64,000 nucleotides of DNA, from contig NW_004797961.1 in assembly GCF_000002075.1 (NCBI RefSeq), positions 107,017-171,016 on the forward strand, given 5' to 3'. Within the stretch, counting starts at the first letter, position 1, and every line of letters begins with the position of its first letter. Origin of the DNA: Aplysia californica (Eukaryota). Shown piece after piece: positions 25,774 through 38,800 of this stretch. The position numbers were made by a program, and so were the translations under genes. The notes under the pieces are model-generated. The model had not been told where the DNA came from. It worked only from the letters and a program-made list of their open reading frames with translations, and made no database searches.

Positions 25774-25873
25774 NNNNNNNNNNNNNNNNNNNNNNNNNNN
25801 NNNNNNNNNNNNNNNNNNNNNNNNNNNNNNNNNNNNNNNNNNNNNNNNNNNNNNNNNNNNNNNNNNNNNNNNN
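25774..25873. other. Assembly gap (100 N)
   Basis: Run of N. Confidence 1.
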
Positions 25874-26539
25874 GCCCTCACGAACGAAGGTTAAATGAGC
25901 ACAAAAAAATATCAAATTAACCTACCGCCTACGTCCATTCTTCTATCTATTTTTTAAGAAGTCAATATGATCTCCGCTGAAAATATACAGTAGTACTAGA
26001 TGCTTGTCCGGCATGCCCAAGGGTAAAGGTTGGAACCGGAGATTCCCTCTTCTATGGATGGACACATCCTTTGAAAAAAAAGTTGCATTCTAAAAGAGCT
26101 GAAGAATTCAACTGGTTTTAATTAGTCCAGTTTTAAAATTAATCTTTTTGTTATGTTTGCTGCTAAACTTTGATAACTTGATTGCAAAATATATTATATA
26201 CCGGTAATAATCATACAAGTAAGATGACATGAAGAATCTTTTCTCTCGCTCTCAAACCACTGTCTACAGAAATTCAATAAATAAAGAAAATAAAAAATTT
26301 CTTTTGATTTGATATTTTTCTGACCATCATCATCACATTTTTCTTTATGATCTTTACTGATTGTGAGTGTACTGTGAGTGAGCACTAGAGACATGATGGG
26401 TTTATTGTTACAAATGTATTTTTATATGATATGATAACTGTTTACAGAATATATATGTGTGTCCTATCTTTTTATTTGTTATTTTGATATTTATTTTTAC
26501 ATTACTTTTAGAGTATGTCCTTTTCACCCATGATGACAG

Positions 26540-26666
26540 GTGTGCCCATGTTTTCCGCTGGGGACCGGGAAAAGACATGACTTACGAGAGGCGGGACAAC
26601 GACGAAGAATTCAACTTCCTGCCGCAATGGTTCGTCTCGTGGGATGCGTGGGACAAGCCGGTGTGA
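26540..26666 (+). CDS. DXO: Second copy of the DXO last coding exon (allelic haplotig or tandem duplicate)
   Basis: Same acceptor (gatgacag) and same peptide CAHVFRWGPG...WDAWDKPV as 23750-23888; 5 synonymous changes, and the stop is 4 codons earlier. Confidence 0.75.
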
Positions 26667-28398
26667 GCGAACACCTGATTGGTCCTCCCCGGAGGACTCG
26701 GCAAGCCTTGGGGGAGTCTACTGGCTCAAAAAAGCAGTACAAATATTGTAATTGGTCACTTTTAAGCACAAGGGGGCTATCCTGAAAAATGCTGTTTTGA
26801 GAAAATCGAAGGTTAAGTTTTTGCCCTTTGTTCAGTTTCTTTAAAGGACAAAGAGAGTTTTCTCTATAACCAAACAAATGTATACCCCAATGAAACCAAA
26901 CTTCTCTTATAGGTAGGGCAATGCCCACTTTTGGTGTAGGTCAAGATTTCTGGAAACCCCCGAAATCTGGGTTAGCTCTCTTGTCATTAAAAGCGACTAA
27001 TTTTGACCCATACAGTCGAACCTGTGCGAAATAAATGATCAGCCACCAATCATTGTCAAGGAGAAAAGTGATCTTCCAAGACAAACATACCTATAATATA
27101 TATATATATATTTAAAAATTCCTAGGCGGGAAAATATGTGGTTGTGAGAGCATGCTCAACTGTATTTCGTTACAGTTGCAGTGCATGTAAATTTTGCACC
27201 GTGTTTGTCCATATTGTTACTGTTAGTGAGGGTGGAAGTCAGTCAATGAGTGAAAAGGGGGAGAAAAGGAGAGAGAGGGAGGGTGAGAGAGAGAGAGGAA
27301 GGGTGGGAGTGAGGGAGAGGGAGAGAAATAGAGAGAGAGGAAGAGTGAAAGAGAAAAATAGAGAGAGATGTCAATGAGATGCTATTTTATGCTGTGAAAG
27401 GATAGTTAATTTCTTCCAATGGAAGATTGATAATGATAAGGTACCATTTGTCTTTTCTTGTCTCTCTATGGAGATGGAGAACATGCACACATCATGTACA
27501 TACATAGTAAATGTATCTTTCACTGTGTTTGTCCAGACGGGTGCTCTGGTGCGGTTTGCTCCAGTGGCTAAGTGAGCAGTGAGTTTAGACTCAAGTAATG
27601 TCAAGCAAGTGTCGGTGACACGGGGATCAGATGGGTGGTCACCGGGGTGTGTCCTTGAGCAAGACACGACAACCCTAGCTCAAAATACAGGGTGCTGCAC
27701 GGTGGCAACCGACAGTGGCATGGTTGTAAACTGTTCTGTATTTTTGTAAAAGTAAAGTTGTTCCCGCATCCGATCCGGACATTGGGGATTGCCTTGTTAG
27801 TGAGACAACTTCCTGGGCCTTCGGCATATTGTGGTAGGGTGACCAGTTCCTTTCCACGCAGCCTTTACTTCCCAAACTCAAAGTCAGGTACCCATTACTG
27901 CTGGGTGGGCAGGAGGGGGTGAAAAAAATGCGTGTCCGAACCAGGGCTCGAACCCGGACTATCCGCTTCGCACTAACCGCTCCGCCACCACACCCTCCTG
28001 TATTTGTGTAATATTGTATATTCATGTATGTATTTATGTATGTGCACGTATTTATAATTAAATGTATTTATGTATGCATATGTATGTTTGTCATTGTAAA
28101 CCAAAGTGCCCTTCTGGGACAAATGGAAGTGTAATTTATGTTGGGTTTTTTTTTTAATTCTTTCCTATCCAACATCTATCATCCTTATCTCCCCTCTTTC
28201 TTTTTTTGTGTTTGTTACTCTCTTGTAACACCTCTAGTCTTCGGCACTTATATGACCTTATTGTGTTGCAAGTGCCATAAAATGCTTACTTTAAAAAAAT
28301 CCCTGTCCAGAGGAATTAGCCTACCGACACCTTTTTTCACTTCATTCCATGAACTTAAATAATAATAATATCATCGGCCAACTGTTCAAATGTACAAG

Positions 28399-28575
28399 GT
28401 GGGTGGTTGGCGGGTGCTCTGGTGTGGTTTGCTTTTTCTTTCCTATCAAACATCTATCATCCTTATCTCCCCTCCTTTTTTATTATGTTACTCTCTTGTA
28501 ACACCTCTATTCTTCGGCACTTATATGACCTTATTGTGTTGTAAGTGCCGTAAAACTCTTACTAAAACTAAAACT
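28399..28575 (+). mobile_element. Short retroposon family A
   Basis: 11-bp TSD AAATGTACAAG (28388-28398, 28576-28586). Confidence 0.85.
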
Positions 28576-30676
28576 AAATGTACAAGAACTAGACCAAGCC
28601 CAACATTTTGATTTTTTAAAATTATGTTGCAGTTTTTTAGTTTGTGACATTGTTTGCATGAGAACAAGAAATATTTTGTCAGAATTCAAATTTTTAATGT
28701 TGACAAAAGCAAGAAAAGGTACATAAAATAGAGATACAATTGTTTAAAAAAATGAAACCATTTTTTGTGTCACTCTCCTGAAAAATTTAGATTTTTTGGG
28801 CTTTGGACATTTTTACAGCTTGTTGATGATAGGGTCCGCTTAAACCAAACACTCAGTTAATCCTTAAGTTAATAAACAGCAGGAAACTGATGCCTGAAAG
28901 AAAATAGAAGAATCCTATCTTTTTTGCTATTTGTACAATCTCTACGGAAAACACCACTAAACAGAAGAAAATCCAGTGGCCCCACAGATTTCGGTTTAAG
29001 ACATTTAATTTTATGTGTCATCTGAATGTTTCTTTGCAGCTGGCCTGCTGTTTTTCTGTCTCACGACCAAGGGTGCAAACTGTTGTTCTTGGGTGGTTGG
29101 TAGGTGCTCTGGTGTGGTTTGCTTCTTCTTTCCTATCAAACACCTGTCGTACTATCTCCCTTTAAATTTCCCCTCCTTCTTTTTTATGTTTGTTACTCTC
29201 TTGTAACACCTCTAACCTTATGGCACTCATTTGATCTTATGCAGTTGCGAGCGACGTAAAACTTCTACTAAAACTAAACTAAATTGTTGTTCCCTTGTTT
29301 GTGTAGCCGTTACTGTTGTTACAGGACATGGGCTTATTTTGCTTTTGCTTTGGTACCAGTTTCCAGATAACTAAGTGCCATGTTTATCAGTAATTCTATG
29401 TAATAATGTGGTACTGGGTTACCGAATCTTACTCACCTCCTATAACACGAAGAACAATTTTTCAAAACGGAATATTCTTCTTCCCCTGCCTTTTGTAAGG
29501 AAGGCTTTGAGGTCTCACTCTATATCAATTGTTGTTGGAGAAAAAAGAATACTAAGATAGTAAAAGGTGCCAGGCGGCTATGAAAAAATATCCTGAACTG
29601 TTCGGACCCTGTAGAAACGCTAAGCATCTGATATCAAAAGATTATCTGGGGAAAAATTCTGGACGATTTGAGAAAATCCAGATTTATTTTAAAAAATTGG
29701 CACCTCTAGACGGTGTTTTCAGAAGCTTCTCTCCTTGTTCATTGCACAAGAGCTGGGAGAACTTCGAGTGAATATAACTCAACGTTGATTACGAAATGAA
29801 AATTTGTGTATGGACTCGGCTTTTGCACTGTAAATTTATTTTGTTTCTGTAAATTTTGTGTCATACTCAAGTCGTCAGATATGAATTAAATTCTCCAACA
29901 GTCTAACTCTAATGTTTGTTCTTTCTTATATTTCTGTTAAACCAATTTGCTTTTCTTGTTGATGTTTTAAAATAGTTTTTACTTGTAGGCCTGCTAGACT
30001 TGCAGTGAATTGCTTATATCCCTTTTGATTTATTAATGCTCCCTTCAATGTTGAAGATTCATAGTTGGCTATTGTGTGAATGCCAAGTGTTGTAGTTGTC
30101 TTATAAATCTATGCAAATTTGCTCATACTCATACAGTGGCAGTAGTTTCTGCTCTGGATCCCAGTGCTATGGATGTTTGGCGAATGAAATTTTTAGCTCG
30201 ATTTGGGTTGGGACCAACCCACCCAATAATTTATAATGCGGGTTGAAGAATTTCCTCTACTATAAAGTAAAAGTAAGATGATGTGAAATTAGCAGGCACA
30301 ACCCTAGTGAAAGTTGTCTGAACAAATTTTTTTTCTAGCATCTGGTGTCCGGTCCTTTTACTTTTATTCTCATTCTCTTCCTTATATTTATTTATATTTA
30401 TATTATAGTCGTTAAAGTTAGATTTTTGTGTCAAGGTAAGTTTTTGAGCCCTTCTGTCACTCAGAGCTGTTGTTTCGAGAGTATTTAAAACTGTTTTCTA
30501 TGTCATTTCATTTATCATTCAATCTTTCAATCCAAATCAAGCTTGTCATGTACATCAAATTAAATGGATGCTTCAAATGCTGTGATTGTGAACAATTTTC
30601 ATGTTGATGTAGTTTTTTTCCTGATTTTTCAAATATGGCCCAACTGGAGAACTTTCGCTAAAATAATATACTGATG

Positions 30677-30682
30677 AATAAA
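30677..30682 (+). terminator. Candidate distal DXO polyadenylation signal
   Basis: AATAAA followed by T/GT-rich sequence; another AATAAA lies upstream (~28872). Confidence 0.3.
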
Positions 30683-31139
30683 GACAATATGAAATGCATG
30701 TTTCGAAGTTGTTTCAGTCTTTTGTACTATTGAAATGATAAATTATGTGGAAGCACGTGCAAGTTATTATTTTTTTTTAAGTTCCACGGAAATGCTGGTG
30801 TGAGTGTGAGCCAATGGCGGTACTTTCCTTTTGACTGAATACAGTCTGGCCTACGTCTGGATCCAACACTACACTAACGCAAGTTACTAACATTCAACAC
30901 TTAAGTTTTACTGAAACTTTTAGTTAAGGGTTTTACGGCACTTGCAACACAATAAGGTCATATAATAAGTGTAGAAGATTGGAGGTGTAACTAGAGAGTA
31001 ATTAACACAAAATAGAAGGAGGGGAGATAAAGAAGATACATTTTTTAAAGGAAAGAAGGAGCAAACCACACCAGAGTACCCTCCAACCACCCTCATTCAA
31101 CACCTGATGCACACACAGATACAGTAATGATGAGGCTGT

Positions 31140-31497
31140 AGTTGCATTTATACAGGGCATATTTCCATGCTCTGCAGCATGCTCTATGCACTCTATAATA
31201 CTATATATAATAAGTATTATTACCCCAGCAGACCGTAGAATACTAAGAGACATGATTCTCTGCTTCCCAGGAAGCATACAGTGCAAAAACTTTGCTTTGC
31301 ATGTGTACAAACACTAATCAACTGACAAGATCTTTTTGCAATCTTTAGCTCCACCTGGATGAAGTGAAGAAAATTTGGGTAAAGTGCCTTTTCCAAGGAC
31401 ACAGCTTAGGGCTGCTGGCAGCAGATGGGATTCAACCTACGACCTCTTACAAAATAATTACAAGTCGGAAAATGAAAGCCTAACCAATAGGCCACCT
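31140..31497 (-). mobile_element. tRNA-derived SINE with CORE-like segment
   Basis: On the minus strand: GGTGGCCTATTGGTTAGG head, GGTTGAATCCC B box, GTGTCCTTGGAAAAGGCACTTTA; body shared with the 21735 copy. Confidence 0.7.
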
Positions 31498-31532
31498 ATG
31501 CTACAGTTTACTTTGATGTTCTCAGGTTACGG

Positions 31533-32106
31533 TAATGCTTGAGGGATTAGAATCTTCTCAGACATTTGAAGGGGTGAGAAAAATAAAGGGTCTAAGTACC
31601 GGGTAACATTCTGCTAAATTTTTAGTATGAAGAAACACGTCAGGGAAGATAACACATAGCATAAGAATGAAAATGAAATATCTGGATGACTTTAACCCTA
31701 TCCGTAAGCCGTGCTTTACCATCGTATCCATACGATGTGGGGGACTCTATGCCACCACTTTCCAAAGAGGAAATTTACTCCTTAATCCGATCCGTACGCT
31801 TTGCATAGCAGTCTGTCAAAATGATTTTTTGAGAAATACTGAAAGTTTCAAAGAGATCTTCGTACTAGAAGTATTCTAAAATGTGAAGAATACAACCCCA
31901 GGGGGTACAAAATAACCCCAGGGCGTACATATAGGGTTAAGATAATGCTTGAAGGATTAGAATCTTCTCAGACATTTGAAGGGGTGAGAAAAATAAAGGG
32001 TCTAAGTACCGGTAACATTCTGCTAAATATAGAGTTGTTAGTATGAAGAAACACATCAGGGAAGACTACACATAGCATTAGAATGAAAATAAAATAGCTA
32101 GATGAC
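31533..32106. repeat. ~160-bp direct repeats (31533-31690, 31943-32106) flanking a piggyBac MITE
   Basis: TAATGCTTGA(G/A)GGATTAGAATCTTCTCAGACATTTGAAGGGGTGAG...GATGAC occurs twice. Confidence 0.88.
31696..31936 (-). mobile_element. piggyBac-type MITE, second copy
   Basis: TTAA-CCCTATCCGTA...TATAGGG-TTAA; body is the reverse complement of 2013-2259. Confidence 0.88.
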
Positions 32107-32693
32107 CCTTTATTTTTCTGACCCTATCAATTTTGAGTAGGGTATGTGGGCATAATTTTCATCAAACAGATCAAAAACTTTTCAATGGTGGACAAGTCTA
32201 CTTTGAAATTGCAACCAAAACTTGCTCCCAGCTTGTCTAACTTTAATTTCGTTGTCATCATCACTACGCTGAACAAAAGTAGTAATGTTTTCTTCCAGGA
32301 ATATTTTGGAGAAGGAATTTTTCCTTTACTTTAAAAAAGTATTTAATGGCTTTTGAGAGGCTATAATTGATATATTTTAAAAATCAAATTTATCCGGTTT
32401 GGTTTGTGGCTCCTACATGAGTGTAGACAGATGATAAATTACCCCAATTTTTTCCCCACTTGCGATGTGGATATAGCATTTTGCTCAAATCCCTCCCATC
32501 TGCTCAACCAAATCTAAGAATTCATCTCCAAGATTCCAGATGAACTAAATTGTGTTGATAAGAGCATAAAACATTAACAACCAATCGCCAAGTAGCACTA
32601 GACCAAAAAGCTTCTTGTGAAAAAACAAACAAATAAAAACCATGAAAAACTCAAAATTCACAACAATCAGTATCATTAGCACTTTCATGAACA

Positions 32694-32699
32694 TTTATT
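32694..32699 (-). terminator. Probable NUF2 polyadenylation signal
   Basis: AATAAA on the minus strand ~175 nt after the stop codon. Confidence 0.55.
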
Positions 32700-32871
32700 T
32701 ACAGTTATGAACAAAGCAAACAGATATTTCACCAATAACTTCATGCAAAGGTAGAAAACTGGTAATAATATTGTCACATACTTTCCTTTTCCAAATGACA
32801 TTGGTTGACAAAAATAGTAGCTAATACGTTTAGCATGAATTTAAAACAAATTAAAAACTACTTGGGATAAT

Positions 32872-35800
32872 TCAGTTGTCTGTCATTGTCATTCTGAAAT
32901 CCGCAAAACCATCAGCGACTATTGAATGCACGGCGTCGATCTGTGGAAGACAAAGGTTACAGAAAGTTGAAAGCTCAGAAAACTAAAGTAAGTAAGTAAG
33001 TTTATTCAGTGTCTATTCATTGGTTAGAGGGTGATATAGCCTGAGCCTGACTTAGTTTATAATGCTTCTATTAGCTAGGGGGAGGAGCTCTAAAAATTGG
33101 TACCAAATTTACACTCATTATGATTTGATAAATATAAAGTTTCCATATGAAAAAGTACAGGTTGTGCACTGTGCAATGGTGCAAAGGATATATTTTAAAA
33201 AGAGAACCAACAAACAAACCCCCCCCTAATAACAACAAGTAAATTTCAACATTAAAAGAAAAATNNNNNNNNNNNNNNNNNNNNNNNNNNNNNNNNNNNN
33301 NNNNNNNNNNNNNNNNNNNNNNNNNNNNNNNNNNNNNNNNNNNNNNNNNNNNNNNNNNNNNNNNNNNNNNNNNNNNNNNNNNNNNNNNNNNNNNNNNNNN
33401 NNNNNNNNNNNNNNNNNNNNNNNNNNNNNNNNNNNNNNNNNNNNNNNNNNNNNNNNNNNNNNNNNNNNNNNNNNNNNNNNNNNNNNNNNNNNNNNNNNNN
33501 NNNNNNNNNNNNNNNNNNNNNNNNNNNNNNNNNNNNNNNNNNNNNNNNNNNNNNNNNNNNNNNNNNNNNNNNNNNNNNNNNNNNNNNNNNNNNNNNNNNN
33601 NNNNNNNNNNNNNNNNNNNNNNNNNNNNNNNNNNNNNNNNNNNNNNNNNNNNNNNNNNNNNNNNNNNNNNNNNNNNNNNNNNNNNNNNNNNNNNNNNNNN
33701 NNNNNNNNNNNNNNNNNNNNNNNNNNNNNNNNNNNNNNNNNNNNNNNNNNNNNNNNNNNNNNNNNNNNNNNNNNNNNNNNNNNNNNNNNNNNNNNNNNNN
33801 NNNNNNNNNNNNNNNNNNNNNNNNNNNNNNNNNNNNNNNNNNNNNNNNNNNNNNNNNNNNNNNNNNNNNNNNNNNNNNNNNNNNNNNNNNNNNNNNNNNN
33901 NNNNNNNNNNNNNNNNNNNNNNNNNNNNNNNNTTAATAAATAAAATAATTAAGTGTGAAGGAAAAATAAGAGCTATTTGCAAAAGAAATCCTACCTCATT
34001 CAGTTGCTCCGTAAACTCTTTCTGCCACTCCTGTTTCTCTTCCTCGACTTGTCGATCGATTTCATTCGCCTCCTGTAGGACGTACGACGTTTTGTTCCCC
34101 ACTTGCTCGATGGCTGCCTTCAGACTCCTCATGTCTTCCTCTTTCTTCTCCTTGTACCTGTCCACAAAAATTAAGTATGAATACCATCCTCTAAAAGATT
34201 GAGCTGAGAGTAAATGTTTTCACCCCCCAACATAAAATGAGACCATTTGGGGCACAAGCTGCTTCCATAAAATAATTTCTACACGTGGGAATCAAACTCA
34301 CATCTTCTGCAAGCGGGGTCAATTTCAGATACTTCTCAGTATGAGTTTTACGGCACTTGCAACACTATTAGGTTATATAAGTGCCGAAAATTAGAGGTGC
34401 TACAAAAGAGTAACAAACACATAAAAGGAGTAGGAGAGATCTAGGGACGGTAGAAGTTTGATAGAAAAAAAAGGAGCAAACCACACCAGAGCACGAGCCA
34501 ATCGCCAACAATTTCAGATAGTTTGGCCAAAAAAAAACCCCTGGTAATATTAAAATGACGCCAAAAAAAACAACCCATCACCCCAGTTTTATTAGTTACC
34601 ATTGATCGGAGTTTGCTTCTAGCAACATAATTGTGTTATAAAATTTCAAAAAACATAAATTTGAGTGTGTCTTTGTTTGGGAGTGCATATATGTCAAGGT
34701 GTATCATCAGTTTTGTTGAAACAAAGCATATGTTGTTTATTTCCCCTACATTTATGGACTGTCGTTCAAGGCATGTATCAGAGTCGGTACTGAATGTGAA
34801 TTTGAGCCCAGTTCTCCTAATTTTACAGACAGAGAACATCTCCGCACAAAAAGTTTGTTGTTTTTTAAGCGATAGGGAAGGAAAGCTTGCCCAAGACAGA
34901 AAAGGACGGAGGAAATCGGTTGAGCGTGGCCTATATCCTGTCACGGGTGAAGGGCATCGACAATGACAACAACAGCAACAATCAGCTGTTCCAACTTACT
35001 GCCTGAGGTCTGTCAACTTCTGGTGCTGGTGTTGTTTGTTGATGTCGGTTTGGAGAAAGATCTGTCGCTTCTGCTCCTGTCTGACCGTCAGCTTCTCCGC
35101 CAGATCCTCCTGTTGTTTGTACAGCTGATTGTGTTTGTCTCGCAGTTCGTTACGACGTTCCATAACTTTCTGGATTTTGCTCGCAACCTCACTGAAAAAC
35201 AATTTTTTTTTCAAGTGGCATTTGAAGACTACAGGGGGGGGGGGGGGGGCACGAGAAAAAATATTGAGGACTGCTGCCTTTGTGTGTGTGTGTGTGGTGA
35301 AACACTAAAGCAATGTAATGTGAATGTGCCAGCTGTTTGTCTTGTACCATTAGCCATTGACAGTCTTCTTCATTATGAAAATACAACTGCTACGAAACAC
35401 TTGCTACAGTACCACTAGATCAGCGGAAATCCCCCCCCCAAGACCAGAGCATTTTTCTTTGCAAGATGTCCTCACTACCTGAACGTTAGTAACATCCGCA
35501 CTATTTATTGAACCATTGAAATTATAAAATGAAAATTGTCTGCTCAGTGTAAGACTGTCATACGTCTGCGAAGTCTTACTTACACTAAGCAATGGAAATG
35601 TTACTAGAGAATGGAAAATGAGATGACAAAACAGAAAATCAACCATTTTGTCTAAAAAGCAATTAAAGTTGTACTTTTCCTTGTCTAAAAAGCAATTAAA
35701 GTTGTACTTTTCCTTGTCCAAACACCCTTGGACTTCGACGCTTGTCTTCACCGCCCTCTCTGCAGCAAGTCTCTTTCCTTCCGTTTGTTCCTGGGGAGGA

Positions 35801-38800
35801 AGAGAAAAATGACATTGTTTAGATAGAACTAAGATTTCAACACTCTGTTACAACACAAAGAATTGGTTATTTTGAAAGAGGAAAACCACATCCCATATCA
35901 AGTGCTCCAGCTCCGAGAAAAAACCCCCAACAACTTCAGGAAAGATATACGGAAAATGCTAAACAACAAGGATTTGAACCTACATCTTTCACGTAATAGT
36001 AAAGTTGATAACCGTCACAAAAGTCAAGCAAATCAATTTTTTTCTAGCAGGCACATTTCCTAGCAACAGCACTATGAGGTTTTCAGAAGTAGAATTACCA
36101 AGAGCTGTCTGTTCTCAGAGAGAATCTGCTCCTTCCGCGCCAGTTCCTCCTTCAGTTCGTGAACTCGCTTCTGAAGACGTTCCTGCTCCTGCTTGTATCT
36201 CTCCGGAGAGTGGATGATTTTACTGGACAATTTTTCGATCTCCAGTTGGACCTCTGAGATCTGGTGCTTGAGATTTTCCTGAAGGGGACACACAAATTTA
36301 GGAAAATGAGATGAAAATAATTTTTTAAAAACTTTTTATAAGGTTAGGAAAAGATACAATTAGTAAAAACCCAAACTAGTTGACCTGTCTTCGTAAGATT
36401 TTTATTAAAAACTTTCCATTTAAGTACAGCACTAATAAAGGCAAATCAGTGTCTGCGGTCGGGCTCCTAGTACCTGCATGCACAAGATTTGTGTTTTATC
36501 CTTCCATAGTGAAGTCAGTTTTGAAGAGTGTCTCTGTTTTTCTACTGGGATGTTGTCGCACTCAACCAAGGTTAAACCTTTCAGGCAGGGTTAAAACAGC
36601 CTTCTTCCTATTAATTATCTAAATTGTATGGATAGGGGTGAAAAAAGTTTACAACCTAAACCTCGAAAAAGAAAAAATGCCCCTCTACTTCATCTAGAGT
36701 AATAGATTTCCACTTTAGCATATATGAAAAAATATGACAACTTTACAGTGCGTTTTTTTAAAACTCAAGCCATACAAAAATAATTGATTCAAAGCGTGCA
36801 GCAAGAAGACTTTTAGTTGGGCTAGTAAGAACCCTGACGAACATCATCACAACAAAGTACCAGATCCGAGACAGACATCTGTCTGTGATTATGAATATCC
36901 AATTATTTCCCCACTCGGATGCTCTTAAAAATCCCATACCATTCCGGTGTTTTCCCATCATCCCCTATCTGTTCAGGTTCCCCAAACAAGTTTCTCTGGG
37001 TCTGCCCCAAGCCTGGCCAACATATGAGGAGGTCAGGATAAAAAATACTCAGGCTCTATGAGGCTGAGGTGACTGAGAAAATGAGGAAAAACTAAAATCT
37101 ACTGTGCACATTATGTCCGTACAATGTTGTGTTTATATGATATTGTATAAGATCTACGGATGACGTTAAGTGATTATCATTGCTGGCACATCACGTTTAT
37201 GTAAAAGTTGGCACTTAGTACATTTTGATTATGACATTTATGTATTTTTATGTCTTTAACCCAAATTCCCCCATGGGAATCAATAAAAAGCAATCTATTT
37301 ATTATTTCTTAACTCTTTCACGACCGCAAGCCATGATTCACGGCTCATGTTACCCCCTATGTTGGACTGTGAGCGATGATTCACGGCTCGCTTACATCCT
37401 GCTTCAAAACCACACCTATTTTTGTAATAATCGAATCTGAAATCTCAGGCTGAAGACTGATAATTTTAAACAACATGTTGAGATAGGTCATTATTTCCCC
37501 TTTATTTTCATACATATATACATAATACATGCGGCTACTACAGAAAATTGAACTAAAAAATCTGTTATTTGTCCGACAGTAGACAGAATCAGAAAGTAGG
37601 TCACAGACCGGGCCCAGTCCATGTGAGCCCCCCCCCCGCAGTGAACGAGTTAATTACATACGGCCAGTTTTTCCCTTTCCGAGAGGAGCAGCTTGAGCTC
37701 GTCCACACTCCTCAGCTCGGCCTCCTGCTGCTTCCCCAGCTCCATCATCTGCCGCTTCGCCTGCTCCTGCTCCTCTTGAAGCTGAACGACGGGGAGCAAA
37801 TCACTCAATAATAAGAATCATAATACTGATGATAACAATAATAATCATAATATAACAATAATAATCATAATAATGAGAATACAAATAAAAATAACACTAA
37901 TATATAATAATAATACCATATATAATCAAAATAATAATATAATAAAAACAATGTAATAATAATAATAATAAAGTATAATAGTAACATATATATGTGACAT
38001 TTATACAGTGCTCAACCGCGATTAAAAAGAGCACAGGCTCTGAGCCCATTACAAATACAAGAGCAGCACATAAATGGAACACTGTTTTCTGACTGAAAAT
38101 CTAGATATATCTCTTGAACACTATGCCCCCACGGGACGCTGATCGGCGACGGTAAGAAGCTGTCTCTTTTCCCCAACGGACGCCGATCGGTGACAATGTC
38201 AAGTGATATAGCATGTACCGCACCTGTATCCTGGTCTGTGTGTTAATCCAAAAACAATATCTGATATGATTTGAGAGCTGACTTGTGAATAAATCAAAAG
38301 ATTTGATTCCTCATAAATTACCTAAATCATTTCTTGAAGTTTGGAGAAACTTGGAAGAGAAACAGGTCACATAAATCAGAACCATGACAAGAGCATTTGG
38401 TCGCTTTTAAGGACAAGCGGGCTAACCCAGATTTCATGGGTTTCCAGAAATTTTGACCTACACCAAAAGTGGGCACTACCCTACCTATAGGAGAAGTTCT
38501 GTTTCATTGGTGTGTATATTTGTTTGGTTATAGAGAGAACTCTCCTTATCTTTTGAAGAAACTGAACAAGGGGCAAAAACTTTTACCTTCGATTTTCTCA
38601 AAAACAGCATTTTTCGGGATAGCCCCCTTGTGCTTAAAAGTGACCATGTGTAATTTCTAAATTAAAACACTAGGACGGAAATAGCAAAACAAGACAGTGC
38701 TGTCTTTTTTCAAATCCAGTTGAAACTGTCCAGGATATCCACCCACTGTCACCATAATATAGAGAAAAAAATTCATTTTTTTAGTAGAGGACTTACGGCG

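Larger units (their letters stand above)
23150..28480 (+). repeat. ~2.6-kb direct duplication (~23150-25773 vs ~25930-28480) separated by a 100-N gap
   Basis: Collinear near-identical intron, last DXO exon, MITE, GA tract and nested SINEs in both copies. Confidence 0.92.

Noticed and set aside
33071-34165. 364-aa ORF
   Set aside because: Artefact of translating through the N gap; only 33995-34157 is a NUF2 exon.
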